Below are positions 11,201 to 22,800 of a DNA stretch of 64,000 bases, piece after piece. Under the pieces are notes generated by a model that made no database searches, had not been told where the DNA came from, and worked only from the letters and a program-made list of their open reading frames with translations. A program made the translations under genes and the position numbers. The stretch covers positions 1,054,001-1,118,000 of the forward strand of contig OZ251235.1 in NCBI GenBank assembly GCA_965240325.2. Reading direction: 5' to 3'. Positions within the stretch are counted from its first letter, which is position 1; each line of letters begins with the position of its first letter. This DNA comes from Rebecca billardiae RCC1528. Lineage: Eukaryota; Protista; Haptophyta.

Positions 11201-14147
11201 AGTGCGCAGTGGGCACGAGCGCGCGGTGGCGCAGGCAGAGCAGCGTCTTGAGCAGCCCGGTGATCCCCGCCGCCGCGTTCGCGTGCCCGATGTTCCCCTT
11301 CACCGAGCCGATCGCGCAGAACCGGCCGTGCGCGTCCGCGGAGCCGCCATTCGCACTGAAGGCCTCGTTGAGTCCGCGCACTTCGATGGCGTCGCCGACG
11401 TGGGTGCCGGTGGCGTGGCACTCGACGTACGAGATGGCGGAGGCGGGGACGCGCGCCATCCGCTGCGCCGAGAGCACCGCGCGCCGCTGCGCCGCCGCGC
11501 TCGGCGCCGCGTACCCCGCCTTGCTCGCGCCGTCGTTGGTGACGCCCCAGCCCTTGAGAACGCCGATCACGTTGTCGCCGTCGGCGAGCGCGTCCGAAAG
11601 GCGTCGTAGGACGACGGCGCCCGCGCCGTCGCCGAAGAGGGTGCCGTCCGCGTCGGCGTCGAACGGGCGCACGTGCCCGTCCGACGAGGACACCAGCCCC
11701 TCCGCGAACGTGTACCCCATGTTCGGGAACGTGATCGAGCAGCCGCCGGCAAGCGCCATCGAGCACTGGCGCGTGACGAGTGCCTGCGCCGCCTGCGCGA
11801 CCGCGACGAGCGACGAGGAGCATGCCGAGGTCACGGTCATCGCCGGGCCGCCGAGGTTGAGCCCGTACGCGACGCGCGTGGAGATGTAGTCCTTCTCGTT
11901 GCCCACCTCGCCCAGGAAGATCGCCCCCGGGTCGAGCACGTCCTTGAGCGGCTGCGCGTCGAGGTGGTGCACCAGGTAGCCATCGATGCCGCACGAAGCG
12001 AACACGCCAACGTCGCGAGGCTCGCCGCCTAGCCGCGGCGGGTAGCCGGCGTCCTCGAGCGCGGCCCAGGCGACCTCCATGAAGACGCGGTGCTGCGGGT
12101 CCATCAGCGCGGCCTCGGCGCGGCCGATCCCCCAGAACCGCGCGTCGAACTTGTCCGCCTCCGGCAGCGCCTGCGCCGCCCGGACGAAGTTCGGATTGTC
12201 CAGCACCTCAGCCGGTACGCCTTTTGCGCGGAGCGTGTCGGCGTCGAGGCGCGTGAGGGTGTCCCCGCCGGCGGTGAGCACGCGCCAGAAGTCGTCGAGG
12301 TCCTCGCAGCCGGGGAGCCGCCCCGCCATCCCGATCACCGCGATGTCGCAGTCCAGGCCGAGGTGCCGCCCGTCCTCGGACGCGTCCGCCGCGCCGGCGC
12401 CGCCCTTGGCGCGCGCCGCGCCGCCCGCGCCGTCCGCGCCGCCGTCCGGCTCCGCGTGCAGGGCAGAGATGTGCTTGGCGAGCGAGGTGACGGTGGCGTG
12501 GGAGTAGAGGTCGAGCACCGAGAGCGCGAGGCCGAGCGTCTTGTTCAGCCGCGCCACGAGCTCCGCCGCCGAGAGCGAGTGCCCGCCCAGGTCGAAGAAG
12601 TTGTCGTCCGGGTCGACGTGGCTGAGCCCAAGCTGTTCCGCCCACGCGGCGCAGAGCAGTTCGCGCGTGCGCTGCACGGACGCCATCGGCGTGCCCGACG
12701 CGGCGCCGCTCGGCTCGAGGAGGGTCTCGCCGTACGCGTCCGCGCCGTCCTGCGCCGTCCCGCCCTCCGCGCCCGCCGTCGCCGAGTGCAGGTCCCCCTG
12801 GATCAGGTCGCCCTCCGTCGGCTCCGGCAGCGCGCGCCGGTCGAGCTTGCGTGACTCGGAGGCCATGCGGGGAAGTCCCTCCTCCATCACGACATAGTAG
12901 GTGGGTACGGCGTAGGAGGGGAGCGCGATCTTGAGCTGCGACTTGACGAAGAGGAGCAGCTCCGAGCGGCGCACCGGCAGCGACTCGTGCGGCTCGATGT
13001 ATGCGCACAGCGCCACCGGCACCGGCCGGCCGCCGTCCGCGTCCGCCCGGAGCACAGGCTTGACCACGCCCGCGCGCACGCCCTCGACCTGCGCGAGCGC
13101 GGCCTCCACCATCGGGAGGCCGACCTTGAAGCCGCGGATCTTGATCGTGGAGCCCGTGCGCCCGTGCACGATGAGCTGGCACGACGAGTCGCCCGGCACG
13201 CCGCGCGACACCGCCACGCCGAGGTCGCCGGTCCGGTAGATCCGCCCCTGCCACGATGGCTGCCCGCCCGCGAACGGCGACGGCACGAACGCTTCGGCTG
13301 TCTTGGCCGCGTCGCCGAGATACCCCGGGATGGCGAGGCCGTTGGACTGCACGCAGACCTCGCCGAGCTCGCCGAGCTTGGCCGGCTCGAGCGAGCCGAT
13401 GCGCAGCACGCGCACCGTCACGCCGACGCACGGCACGCCCGCCGGCAGCGCGGACGACGCGTCGAGCCACTTGGAGATGTCCGAGGCAGACGCGGCGACG
13501 CCCGCCGCTGAGAGGACTGAGGACGTGGAACCGGACGTGGGCACGCGCGCGCCGAGCGCGGTGGCGGCGGGCGGCGGGGCGGCGGCGCCGGGCGGCGGCG
13601 GCGCGAGCGCGGACGCCGGCGCCGACTGCGCGCCCGCCGCGCCGCCCGCCGCCGCCGCCGCCGCCGCGCCGCTCGGCACCGCCGCCGCGGCCGTCGCGGC
13701 CGCGCCCGCCCACCCCGGCCCGTCAACGTGCATGCAGATGTCTCCCGCTTCCCACGTCGAGTACGAGTTGACGAGCGCGGCGGTTGGGAGGAGCTGGCGG
13801 AAGCGGCGCGCGGTCGCGCGCGCGCACATCTCGCCGCACGCGTACCACAGCCGCAGCCCCGAGTCCGCCAGCGCGGAGAACGCGCCGGGCGCCGCCTCGA
13901 GAAGCGTGTGCAGCAGCGACGGCGTCGTAAGGATCCGAGTCGCGCGCTGGTCATGCAGGAAGGCCAGAAGCTTCGACGGCTCGAGCAGCACGTCGTCGGG
14001 GACGCACACGGTGGTGTGCCCCGCGAGCGGCGCGCGCAGGCCCTCCCACACGAACATCACCTGGCACGCCTCGCGCTCGACGAAGCCGTACTCGTCAAAG
14101 TCGGCCGGCGCGTCCGAACCGCCGCCGCCGCCAAAGCCGCCGCCAAA

Positions 14148-14197
<50 letters not shown>

Positions 14198-16151
14198 TGC
14201 CGCCGCCAGGGCTGTAGGGAACGTACGCGTAGCGCGCCTCGATGCCGAGCTTGAGCGCCTGGTGCGGGCACATGATCCCCTTGGGCGTGCCCGTCGAGCC
14301 CGACGTCATCGTCACGATGATCGTCTGCTCGTCGGACATGTGAGACCACTCAGCGGGCGGCGGCGCCCACGCTTCCACCTCCGCCTCGGCTGCGAGCGTG
14401 CGCCGCCAGCCGTCGCGGAGCTCGCACACGCGCGTGCCCGGCGGCACGATCGAGTGGGGCAGGCGCGAGGCGTACGCGGCGCAGGTGAGCACGAGCGGCG
14501 GCTGCACGTCGCGCAGCATCTGCGCGATCGTCTGCACCGACCAGTTCGCGCCGAGCGGGAACAGCCCGCAGCCGACCCGCAGCGCACCCAGCTGCACGCT
14601 TACGTAGTCGCAGTCGTGCGGCAGCAGGACTGAGACGATCTGTCCGGGCTTGATGGCGTAGCGCTCGGAGGCCATGGCGGTGGCGAGCAGCTCGGCGTCG
14701 GCGCGCAGCTGCGCGAACGTGCGCTGCACGCTCGCGTCGATGCACGCCAGCCGGCGCGGCACCCGCGCCGCCGCCTTCTCGAACTGCTGCCAGATCGAGT
14801 GAGGCCAGACTGTCACGGCACCGCCGTCGAGAACCGCGTCCGGCAGCGCGGCGCGCGCGCTGCGGAGGTGGCGCACGATGGCGTCGAGGACGGCGGGGCG
14901 GGTGGCCTCGGCGTGGAGGTAGAAGTGGCCCCCGGCGAAGAGGAGCGGCGGCTCGGACGCCGCCGCGTCACCGTCGGCGGCCGCGCTTCCGGTGCCAGCG
15001 GCCGCCGCGGCCGCCGCGGCCGCCGCGGCCGCGGGCAAGGCCGCGCCACCGGTGGCGGCTGCGGCGAGAGGCGGCAGGGCGCGCGTGCCAAACGCGAGCC
15101 ACGCACGCATCGCCTCGGCGGGCACGGTGGGGTCGTCCGCGCCGCCGAGCGGCACCACCGGCACGGGCAGCGCCGAGTGCCGCCCGCCCTCCGACCCCCA
15201 CGTCTCGTGCGCGCGCAGGTCGGTGCGCAGGGACGGCAGGATGGCCGCCAGCAGCTCTGGGTCGACTAGCACGTCGTCGGGCATGTAGTCCCAGCGGCGG
15301 ACGGCGTCGAGGAACTGCGCGTCGGGCAGCTCGTGGATCCACTCCGACGGCGGCACACGCTCGTCCGGCGGCGCGTGCGCCGACGCGAGCACGAGCAGCG
15401 GCAGGCGCAGCGCGCGCGCCTCGAGCTCGCGCGCCACCTCATACGCGACCAACGCGCCAAGCGAGTGGCCGAAGAAGGCGAAGTTGCGCAGCGTGTGCGG
15501 GCGGAGCGCGTCGACGATCGCGACGGCGAGCTCGCGCACGCTCCCCAGCGCGGGCTCGCTCAGCCGGCTGCCCCGTCCTGGCGGGTTGATCGCCCACAGC
15601 TCGATGTCTGCGCGAGCGCGGGCGGCCGAGACGGCGGCGCGCGGGAGTGGGCGGCGCGCGCGCGCGCGCAGCGCGAAAAGGGGGCGTGAGCGAGGCGCGA
15701 CGGCGGCGAGGCGCGCGCGAAAGGCTCGCGAGCCAGCTGCGCGGGCTGCTCCACGCGGGACGCACGCCCGCGCCGGGATGCTCGATGCCCGCGGCACGGG
15801 TGTGAGGTGCACGCGCGCGCGGGCGCCCCCGGGGACCCCCCTGCTCGGCCGAGCAGCGCGCTGGGGAAGAGCGTGCTCGCGTACGCCTGGGCTGAGCGCA
15901 GCCACTGGGTGGCGCCCGTGCGACTGGCCCCAGCTCGCCGCGCGCCCCCTCCCCTCTTGACGGCATGCGGGCCGGCTCGCGCGCCGCCTGCCCCGACGCT
16001 GAGTGCCGCGCGACGCACCGTCTGGCAGCAGGTCAGCCCAGCCCGCGTACGACGAGGCGCTTCCACCGGCGTGCGGGAAGCAGAAGAGGGCCACGCGTGC
16101 GTCGTCGCGAGGCTTCAGGCACACCAGCCACCCGCCACCGGAAGACGCCAT
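5259..16151 (-). CDS. BurA-like hybrid NRPS/PKS, TE-A-PCP-KS-AT-TE-KR-ACP; exons 16151-16019 and 15607-5259
   Basis: TE1: FPHAGGSA, GHSLG (~15456-15470), GGHFY. A: TSGSTGTPKG (~14290), REACQVMFVWE, YRTGDLG, KIRGFKV. PCP: FFDLGGHSL (~12580). KS: DIAVIGMAGR, TSACSSS, ECHATGT, KGNIGH. AT: FPGQGSQ, GHSIG, HAFHS (malonyl type). TE2: PYAGGSS, VGLSMG (~8000), GGHGF. KR: TGGTGGIG, YCAAN. ACP: LGLDSL (~5430). A stop-free 411-nt GT-AG intron (15608-16018) explains the Arg-rich stretch in the 3727-aa ORF. Confidence 0.93.
14118..14207 (-). repeat. (GGC)n poly-Gly coding trinucleotide tract inside the A domain
   Basis: In-frame run of ccg/gcc triplets between the A3 and A4 motifs. Confidence 0.9.
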
Positions 16152-16871
16152 CCCGAGGCGCGTCGTGCCGCCAGCGTGGCGCGGCGGTGGTGGTATCAGC
16201 AGGGTATGCCGGTGCCGATGCGAGCTCTGGACTCTGTCGCCGATCGAGACCGCAGTGCTCACCAGCGTCCGCTTCGCGCGCCCGCGAAGGCGTCCGCCTG
16301 CGTCTGTGCATCTTGTGCCACTGATGGGAGGAATCTCACAACAACACCTTGGACCACGAGTCGTAAGAGCTATGTGGTCGCCAACCGCTATGGTATTCAT
16401 TAGGCTCGCAATTATGCACGGGCACCCTCTGATTGGCCACATCGTGACATCGGTTCGCTGAAAGATATGAGCAACTCGCGCGGATTCTCTTGCCGGCGAT
16501 AGTGAACCGATGCATCATTCGGAGCTCAAATGAAGAATTGACTCAGTTGAGTACTACACGCGAGTCATTTCAGACCGATATGTGCCCGCCTACCCAATAG
16601 TCATCTTGCCACGAGGCCTCTCAATTGCGAACCCATCTCTCTGCCCGGTCGCCTGTGCACGTAGCTATTCTTTTCCACCCAAGTTACCCATGTGGTATGT
16701 CACAATACAGACGATGACGTCATCATGCCGAAGAAAAGCATTTTCCCTTTTTTGACGGCCGCCGCCAGCCCGCCACCATTTTCCGTGCGCATCTCGGTCG
16801 CGAAATCCACCTGCCGCGCGCGCCGAACCTCCGCGTCTCGACGTTCGGGCGGCGGGCGCGCGGTCCCAACC

Positions 16872-18198
16872 ATGGTAGCGCCAGCGATCGAGCTGGCCAC
16901 GGACGCGACCGCGCTCTACGGCGATCCGTCGCCTGCACCCGTGCGTGGCCGGCAGAACCTCCCCTCCGGCGACTCGCCCCTGCTGCCCGAGACGATCGGC
17001 AGGCCGCAGAGCTGCGCTTTCCCGCTCGCCGTCACCGCGCCCCAGGGCGGGAGTGTGGCCGAGCCGGAGGCATACGCTGAGCCCGTGCGCCGGCTGCTCG
17101 ACGAGGAGGGCGCTCTCGAGCGCCACGGCGCCGTCCTCCTCCGGGGCCTGCCCGTCTCCACGCCCGAGGACTTTGGCCGCTTCTGCGCCGCGCTTGGCTG
17201 GAAGCGCAACCAGCTCGGCGGCGGCGGCACGGCGCGCACCATCCTGGGCAACAACGTGCGCACGGCGTCGGATGAGCCGCCCGAGCACACCATCGAGCCT
17301 CACCTGGACATGGCGCACAACGCGGCGTTCCCGCATCGTATCGCCTTCTTCATGCAGCACGGCCCGCCGCCCGGTGTAGGCGGCGAGACTGTGCTGACAG
17401 ACATGCGTGCCGTAACTGCGGACATGAAGGTGCGCGTGGGCACGCGCGCCCGCCGGCTGCCGCGGCGTCCGCCCCGCGCCGCACGCGGCGCCCACGCCCC
17501 CGCGACACGCCGCGCCGCTGCTTGCACGCGCCCGCGCGCAGGCCGCTGGCCTGGACGCCGAGTTCGAGCGACGCGGCGGCGTGCTATACACGAAGAAGCT
17601 CTGGTCGGCCGCCCGGGTCGAGCACTCGTTCACGTGGCAGCGCCGCTTCTTCTCGGAGGCGCGCGAGGGCGTGGAGGAGCAGCTGCGCCAGCTGCACAGA
17701 ACCGAGTGGGAGTGGACGTGCGCGCACGCTTCGTCGCGCGGCTGCGTTCCGAGCGCGCGCGCGCCCGCCCGCCCGCCCGCCCGCCCGCACCACCCGCCTC
17801 AGCCGCCCGTTGCCAACCCCCGCGTCCGCCTCCGTGCCCGGCGCAGCGACGACGAGACCCTCGTCACGCGCAACTGGCTCCCCGCAGTTGCCGAGCACCC
17901 GGGCACGCGCGAGGCCCTGTGGTTCAACGGCATCCACACCAACCACCGCGACTACTTCGACCTCGCGCCGCACATCGACACGACAGACGGCAGCCCGTTC
18001 GACTCGTCGTATGGCGACGGCACGCCGATCGACGACGAGACGCTCGCCCGCATCCGCGCGTCCATCTGGCGCAACTCGGTCGCGGTCGCGCTGCGCTCGG
18101 GCGACGTGGTGATCGTAGACAACATGCTCGCTGCGCACGGGCGCATGGGCTGGACGCCCGGGGCGCCGCGCAAGATGCTGCTCACCCACTTCGAGTGA
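16872..18198 (+). CDS. TauD/TfdA (SyrP/CAS-like) Fe(II)/2-oxoglutarate dioxygenase; exons 16872-17429, 17542-17717, 17847-18198
   Basis: HGAVLLRGL, iron motif IEPHLDMAH (HxD), GGETVLTD, EALWFNGIH, YGDGTPIDD, GDVVIVDNMLAAHGR (distal His). GT-AG introns at 17430-17541 and 17718-17846 restore a single frame. Confidence 0.9.
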
Positions 18199-18241
18199 GC
18201 GGAGCCCTGCGCCCTCGCGCAGGCAGGCACTAGCAGTGTAC

Positions 18242-18325
18242 TTTTGTGGCGGTGTCTTTGTGCAGTGTTGGATGGCGTTAATCACGCCTTAACCAAGTGT
18301 GCACGTTAAATCATAGTAAACTGTA
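18242..18325. mobile_element. 84-bp dispersed element end (Tc1/mariner-like ...ACTG|TA); exact reverse complement of 51711-51794
   Basis: Direct comparison of the two copies. Partial related copies at ~48066-48105 and ~57633-57667. Confidence 0.65.
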
Positions 18326-18622
18326 GGTGTAGGCAGTGGGGCAGCAGCTGACTTCACTCACTAGACTTCGTCAACGCCAGTCGATCGGACTGCTCCGATG
18401 TCAACACGTGGCCCGGCCCGGAGCATGGCCGCTCAGCAGTGCGGCGGCGCCGGGAGCGCGGGCGACGCCACTATATCAGCGACAGCATGCTGATGCACTC
18501 ATGCAGTCCCGGGCCGTTGGCCCGGACTTGATCACACCATCATCAGTCACTGGCAGAGCTGCTCGCCAATCAGTTTTGCGGCCACTTACTCTGAGCCTCT
18601 CGACAGCTGAGATCGTCAATGG

Positions 18623-19759
18623 TCACAGCGCCGGTGCCGGCCGGGCTCCACGGCGAGGCAGATGAGACGGCGCGCTGGGCGCGGCGCGCGCGCTCGGCTG
18701 GGCAGCCGCGCTCCCCTGCTCCGCCTCCTCGCGCGACAACCTCAGCGCCAGCTCGACCATCGCCTCCTCCTCGAGCGCCTGCTGCCGCGCCGCCTCCTCC
18801 CGGCGCGAGGCCTCGAGCGCGGCAGCCAGGGCCGCGGCCTCCTCCTCCTCGGACGCGTCGGCGTGGGCGAAGGAGCGCGGGCGCGCGGTGCTGCGCTGCA
18901 CCTCGGCCTGCCGCCGAGAGGCCTCCATTGCCGCGCGGAGCTCCTCGTCCTCGCCTGCGCCGAGGTCCGCTGCGGCCCCGCGCGCCCTGAAGGCGGCGGG
19001 GCCGCCGGCTCCGCCGCTCAAGCCGCCACCCGCGCCGCCCGCGCTGCCGGCCGCCAGCCTGGAGAGGCGCAGCGCCTCCTCGAGGTCGGCGTCCTCGCGC
19101 GCAGACAGCTCCAGCTCGTAGTCGTCGTCGTATGTGCCGAGCCGACGCCCCTGCCCCCGTCCGAACGCCTCCCCCCATCCCGCGGCCTCGCCAGCCGCTG
19201 CCGTGCCGCCCTGCCCTCGCCGGTATGTTGTCGTCTGCGTGCGACCGTCGGGGCCGGTGCGAGTGATGGTGACGGTGGCGCCGCCCATCGAGCCGAGCGC
19301 GGCGGCCTCGTCGAAGAGGGAGCGCCCGGACATCGCGCGCTCGAAGAACGAGCCGCCGCCTCCGCCCAGCGAGGCGGAGCGCGCAAACGAATCGGCGCCA
19401 CCGAAAAAGGCCCGAAAGATCGCATCCGCATCCCCCATGCTGAATGGGCGGAAGCCCGCGGCCGGGTCGAGGCCGGGGCCTCCCCACGGGCCATCCGCCG
19501 CGCCGGGCCCGTAGCTCGCGCCGCCGAACGGCGCGCTGGCGGGCTCGCTCCCCCCGAGGTCGTACTCGCGCCGCTTGTCCGCGTCAGACAGCGTGGCGAA
19601 CGCCACCGAGATCTCCTTGAACTTCTCCTCGGCGGCGTCGCGGTTCTCCGGGTTCTTGTCCGGGTGCCAGCGGAGGGCGAGCTTGCGGTACGCCTTCTTG
19701 ATCTCGTCCTCTGTCGCGTCCCGCTCGACGCCGAGCACGGCGTAGTAGTCTTTGGCCAT
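18623..19759 (-). CDS. DnaJ/Hsp40 (J domain + G/F-rich region) with four ubiquitin-interacting motifs
   Basis: DYYAVLGV...LRWHPDKN. UIMs: [57 protein letters not shown]. Confidence 0.9.
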   Translation of the reverse strand: MAKDYYAVLGVERDATEDEIKKAYRKLALRWHPDKNPENRDAAEEKFKEISVAFATLSDADKRREYDLGGSEPASAPFGGASYGPGAADGPWGGPGLDPAAGFRPFSMGDADAIFRAFFGGADSFARSASLGGGGGSFFERAMSGRSLFDEAAALGSMGGATVTITRTGPDGRTQTTTYRRGQGGTAAAGEAAGWGEAFGRGQGRRLGTYDDDYELELSAREDADLEEALRLSRLAAGSAGGAGGGLSGGAGGPAAFRARGAAADLGAGEDEELRAAMEASRRQAEVQRSTARPRSFAHADASEEEEAAALAAALEASRREEAARQQALEEEAMVELALRLSREEAEQGSAAAQPSARAAPSAPSHLPRRGARPAPAL

Positions 19760-19893
19760 CGGCACCACGCGGCGGACGGGCGTGAGGTACCGCCCGCGGT
19801 TCTACTTTGATGGCGCCCGACGTCTCGAAACTCGCTCCCCGTTTGCCAGGGCGACAGGACCCGGTTCGAAGCCGGACTCACGTGGCTCGCACG

Positions 19894-22800
19894 ATGCCGC
19901 TTCGGCAGCCTCCCGCCACCCGCGACGACGGTGCGGGCGAGGAGGCCGCCGCGGCGCAAGGCGCCGCGGGCGACGGCGTCGTCAAGCGGCCGAAGAAGTT
20001 CCGCAAGAAGACGCCCGCCGCCGACGGTGCGCGCGCCGCGGGCGGCGGCGCGAGCCTTCTCAGCTTTGGCGGCGAGGAGGAGGGTGACGACGGTGACGAT
20101 GGCGCCGGCGTGCTCGCGCGGCCCAAGCCTCGCGCGCGAGCACCCGGCGGGCTGCCGTCCGCCGAAGCGCACGGCCGGCAGCGCAAACATCGGCCCGGGC
20201 TGGTCGTGCCCATGCCGCCCGCGCCGCCCGCAGTCGTCGACACGCAGCGCGCACAGCCAGGCGAGTACACGGTCGAGCGGCTGGCGGAGCTCCGGCGCAA
20301 CGCGCTGCCGCCTCCGTCGGAGCAGCGCGCGGCCGAGCCGCGCGACGGCGAGGAGACCGATGCGCTCCCCGCCGATCCCGCGCCGGGCGTGCCCGCCGCG
20401 CCGTCCGCCATCCCGTCCGCCGACGCGGTGCGAGACGCGCGGATGGCGCGCGAGGCGGCGCGGCTGGCCGAAGCACACGGCAGCGACGGCGACGGCGACG
20501 AGGACGCGGGCAGCGGTGCGCGCGCGTTCATCCCGGTCGGTGCGCGCGGGGGCGTGGGCGGGCCGGCGGAGGACGACGAGGACGACGACGACGCCGGCTT
20601 TGGCGGGCTCGAGCGCGCGCCGCGGGCTGGCATCGGCGGCGGCGGAGGCGCGACAGCTCAGCCGAGCGCGCGGGGCGGCCCTGCTCGGCCGGGCGCCAAG
20701 CGCGGCACGCGCTTGACCGCATACGACGGGAGCGACGACGAGGGGAAGGACGACACGGCCGCCGCCGCCGCCGCCGCGCAGGCGCGCGCGCGCGCACAGC
20801 GCGCGGCAAACGGCGGTGGTCGCGCGGCCGGCGGACCGGACGGGGAGCCTGCTGGGCTGCCGACACTGCCGCCACCGCCGCTCGCAGCCGCCGACGCCAT
20901 CGGCAGGCTTGAGGCGGTGGTCGAGCGCGAGCGCGCGACGCTCGGCCGCGCGGAGGAGGCCCTTGACCGCCTCGAGGCCGACGCGCGCGCCGCCGCGGAC
21001 GCCCACGCCGCCCAGGTTACTCAGTCCGGACAGGCGGCGCGCTGCTACGAGTACTTACAATTACTCACGTCCTATGTGGAGGACTTGGTGGCGATGCTCG
21101 GGGCGAAGCGCGGCGCGATCGAGGCGGCGGCCGCCGAGGTGGATCGCGTGCGCGAGGCGCGGGCGCGCGCGCGCCGACGCCGCGAGCGCGCCGACGCCGA
21201 TGACGACGACGCGCGCGCCGCGCGGCTGCTGCGCGGCCTGTGGCCGGAGGCTCCGCCCGCGGCGGTGCGAGCGGCGGGCGCGGCGGCGGGCGGCGCGGCG
21301 GACGCGGCGGAGGAGGAGGTGGACGAGTTTGGGCGCTCGCGCGCGCTCGCTGAGCGCACGAGCGTCGCCCGCGAGCGCCGCCGCGCCCTGCGCGAGGCGG
21401 CAGAGGCGAGGCGGCGCAAGCGCCGCCTCGCGGCCGCAGCCGCCGCGCGCGCACCAGGCGGCGCTCGCGCGCGCGGCGTGTCGCCTGATGGCGCCGCCGC
21501 CGAGGATGGCGGCGCCCAAGCCCTTGGGCTGGCGATGGGCGAGGGCTGGTCCTCCGACGAGGCGGAGGAGGAGGCCGCCGAGCACGGCGGCGCGCGCGAG
21601 AACGGCGCGCCGCACGCCCACGCCGACGACGCCGCCGCCGCCGACGACGCCGAGGCGGAGGCGGAGGCGGAGGCGGAGGCAGTCGCTCTCGCAGCGCTGC
21701 GCGCCGTTCTCGACGACGACGTCGACGACGACTTCGCCGAGCCTCGGCGCGTGCTCGGCACGCTGCGTGGGTTCGAGCGCGCGTACCCGCAGCACTACGC
21801 CGACGCGTACGTCGGGGCGTGCCTGCCGAGGCTGCTCGCCCCTCTGCTGCGCGCGCGCGTCGCCGCCTGGGCGCCGGAGCGCGACGGAGGCGGCGGCCAT
21901 GCTGGCAGCGGCGGCCGCGGCGCGCAGGCGTGGCATGCGCCGCTTGTGGCGGGCGAGGCGGGCCTGCCCGACGTGCTCGGCGAGCACACGCCGCCGGCGC
22001 GCTCGCCCGCCGGCGCGGACGCCGAGGCCGAGGCCGAGCTCAAGCTCATCGCCGCCCTCAGCGCGCAGCTGGCCGCACCCAGGCTTACCCACTCGCTCTA
22101 TTTCAGCTGGGATCCGTATTCGGCGCGGCAGACGGCGCGGCTGGTGCGCGCGGCGGCGGAGGTGGCCGAGGCGCTGCAGTTCGTGTGCGAGGAGGGCGCG
22201 GCGGGCTCGGGCTCGCGCGGGCCGCGCGACGCCGCCGCGCGGCAGGGGGCGTGCGCGCTCGCCGGCGCGATGAGCGCGGCAGCCTCGGCCGGGAGCGCGG
22301 GCGAGGGCGGCGGCGCGGAGGAGGCGGCGCGCGCGCTCGAGCGTCTCCGGGCGGCGGTGCGCACGCGGCTGGCGGATGCGGTGGGCGAGTGCCGCGTGCC
22401 GCCGTGCCCGCCGCACGCGGCGGAGGGGATGGATCCGCGCGAGCACGCCGCCGTCTGGGCGATCGCCGAGCGTCGGTACCACCGGTCCCTCAAGCTGCTC
22501 CACTGCGCGTGCCTGTGGCAGCGCGCGCCGGGCGCGCTCCGGCGCGCTGAGCTGCAGCAGCTGGTGGCGCCGCTGGTGGGCGGCGCGCTGCTGCCCGCGC
22601 TGCGCGCCGTGTCGCGCGCGCAGCCGGTGCGCTGGGCGCTCGTCGCGCGGCTCGGCACCGCGCTCGTCGACGTGCTGCCGAGCGCGTGGCTCGAGCGCTC
22701 GGCCGGAGCGCCGGACGGCGCGCTCGGCGCCCTGGCGATCGTCGGGCCTGCGCATGCGCTGCTGCTGCAGCTGAGCGGCGCGCACGCCGCCGCCGCACGC

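Noticed and set aside
16152-16442. N-terminal 97 aa of the 3727-aa ORF
   Set aside because: Non-ATG start and no domain content. ATG 16151 directly precedes the TE, so this region is probably promoter/UTR.
676-17846. Stop-free 3n introns (114, 411, 129 nt) as regulated intron retention
   Set aside because: Three of ten inferred introns being 3n is the chance expectation.
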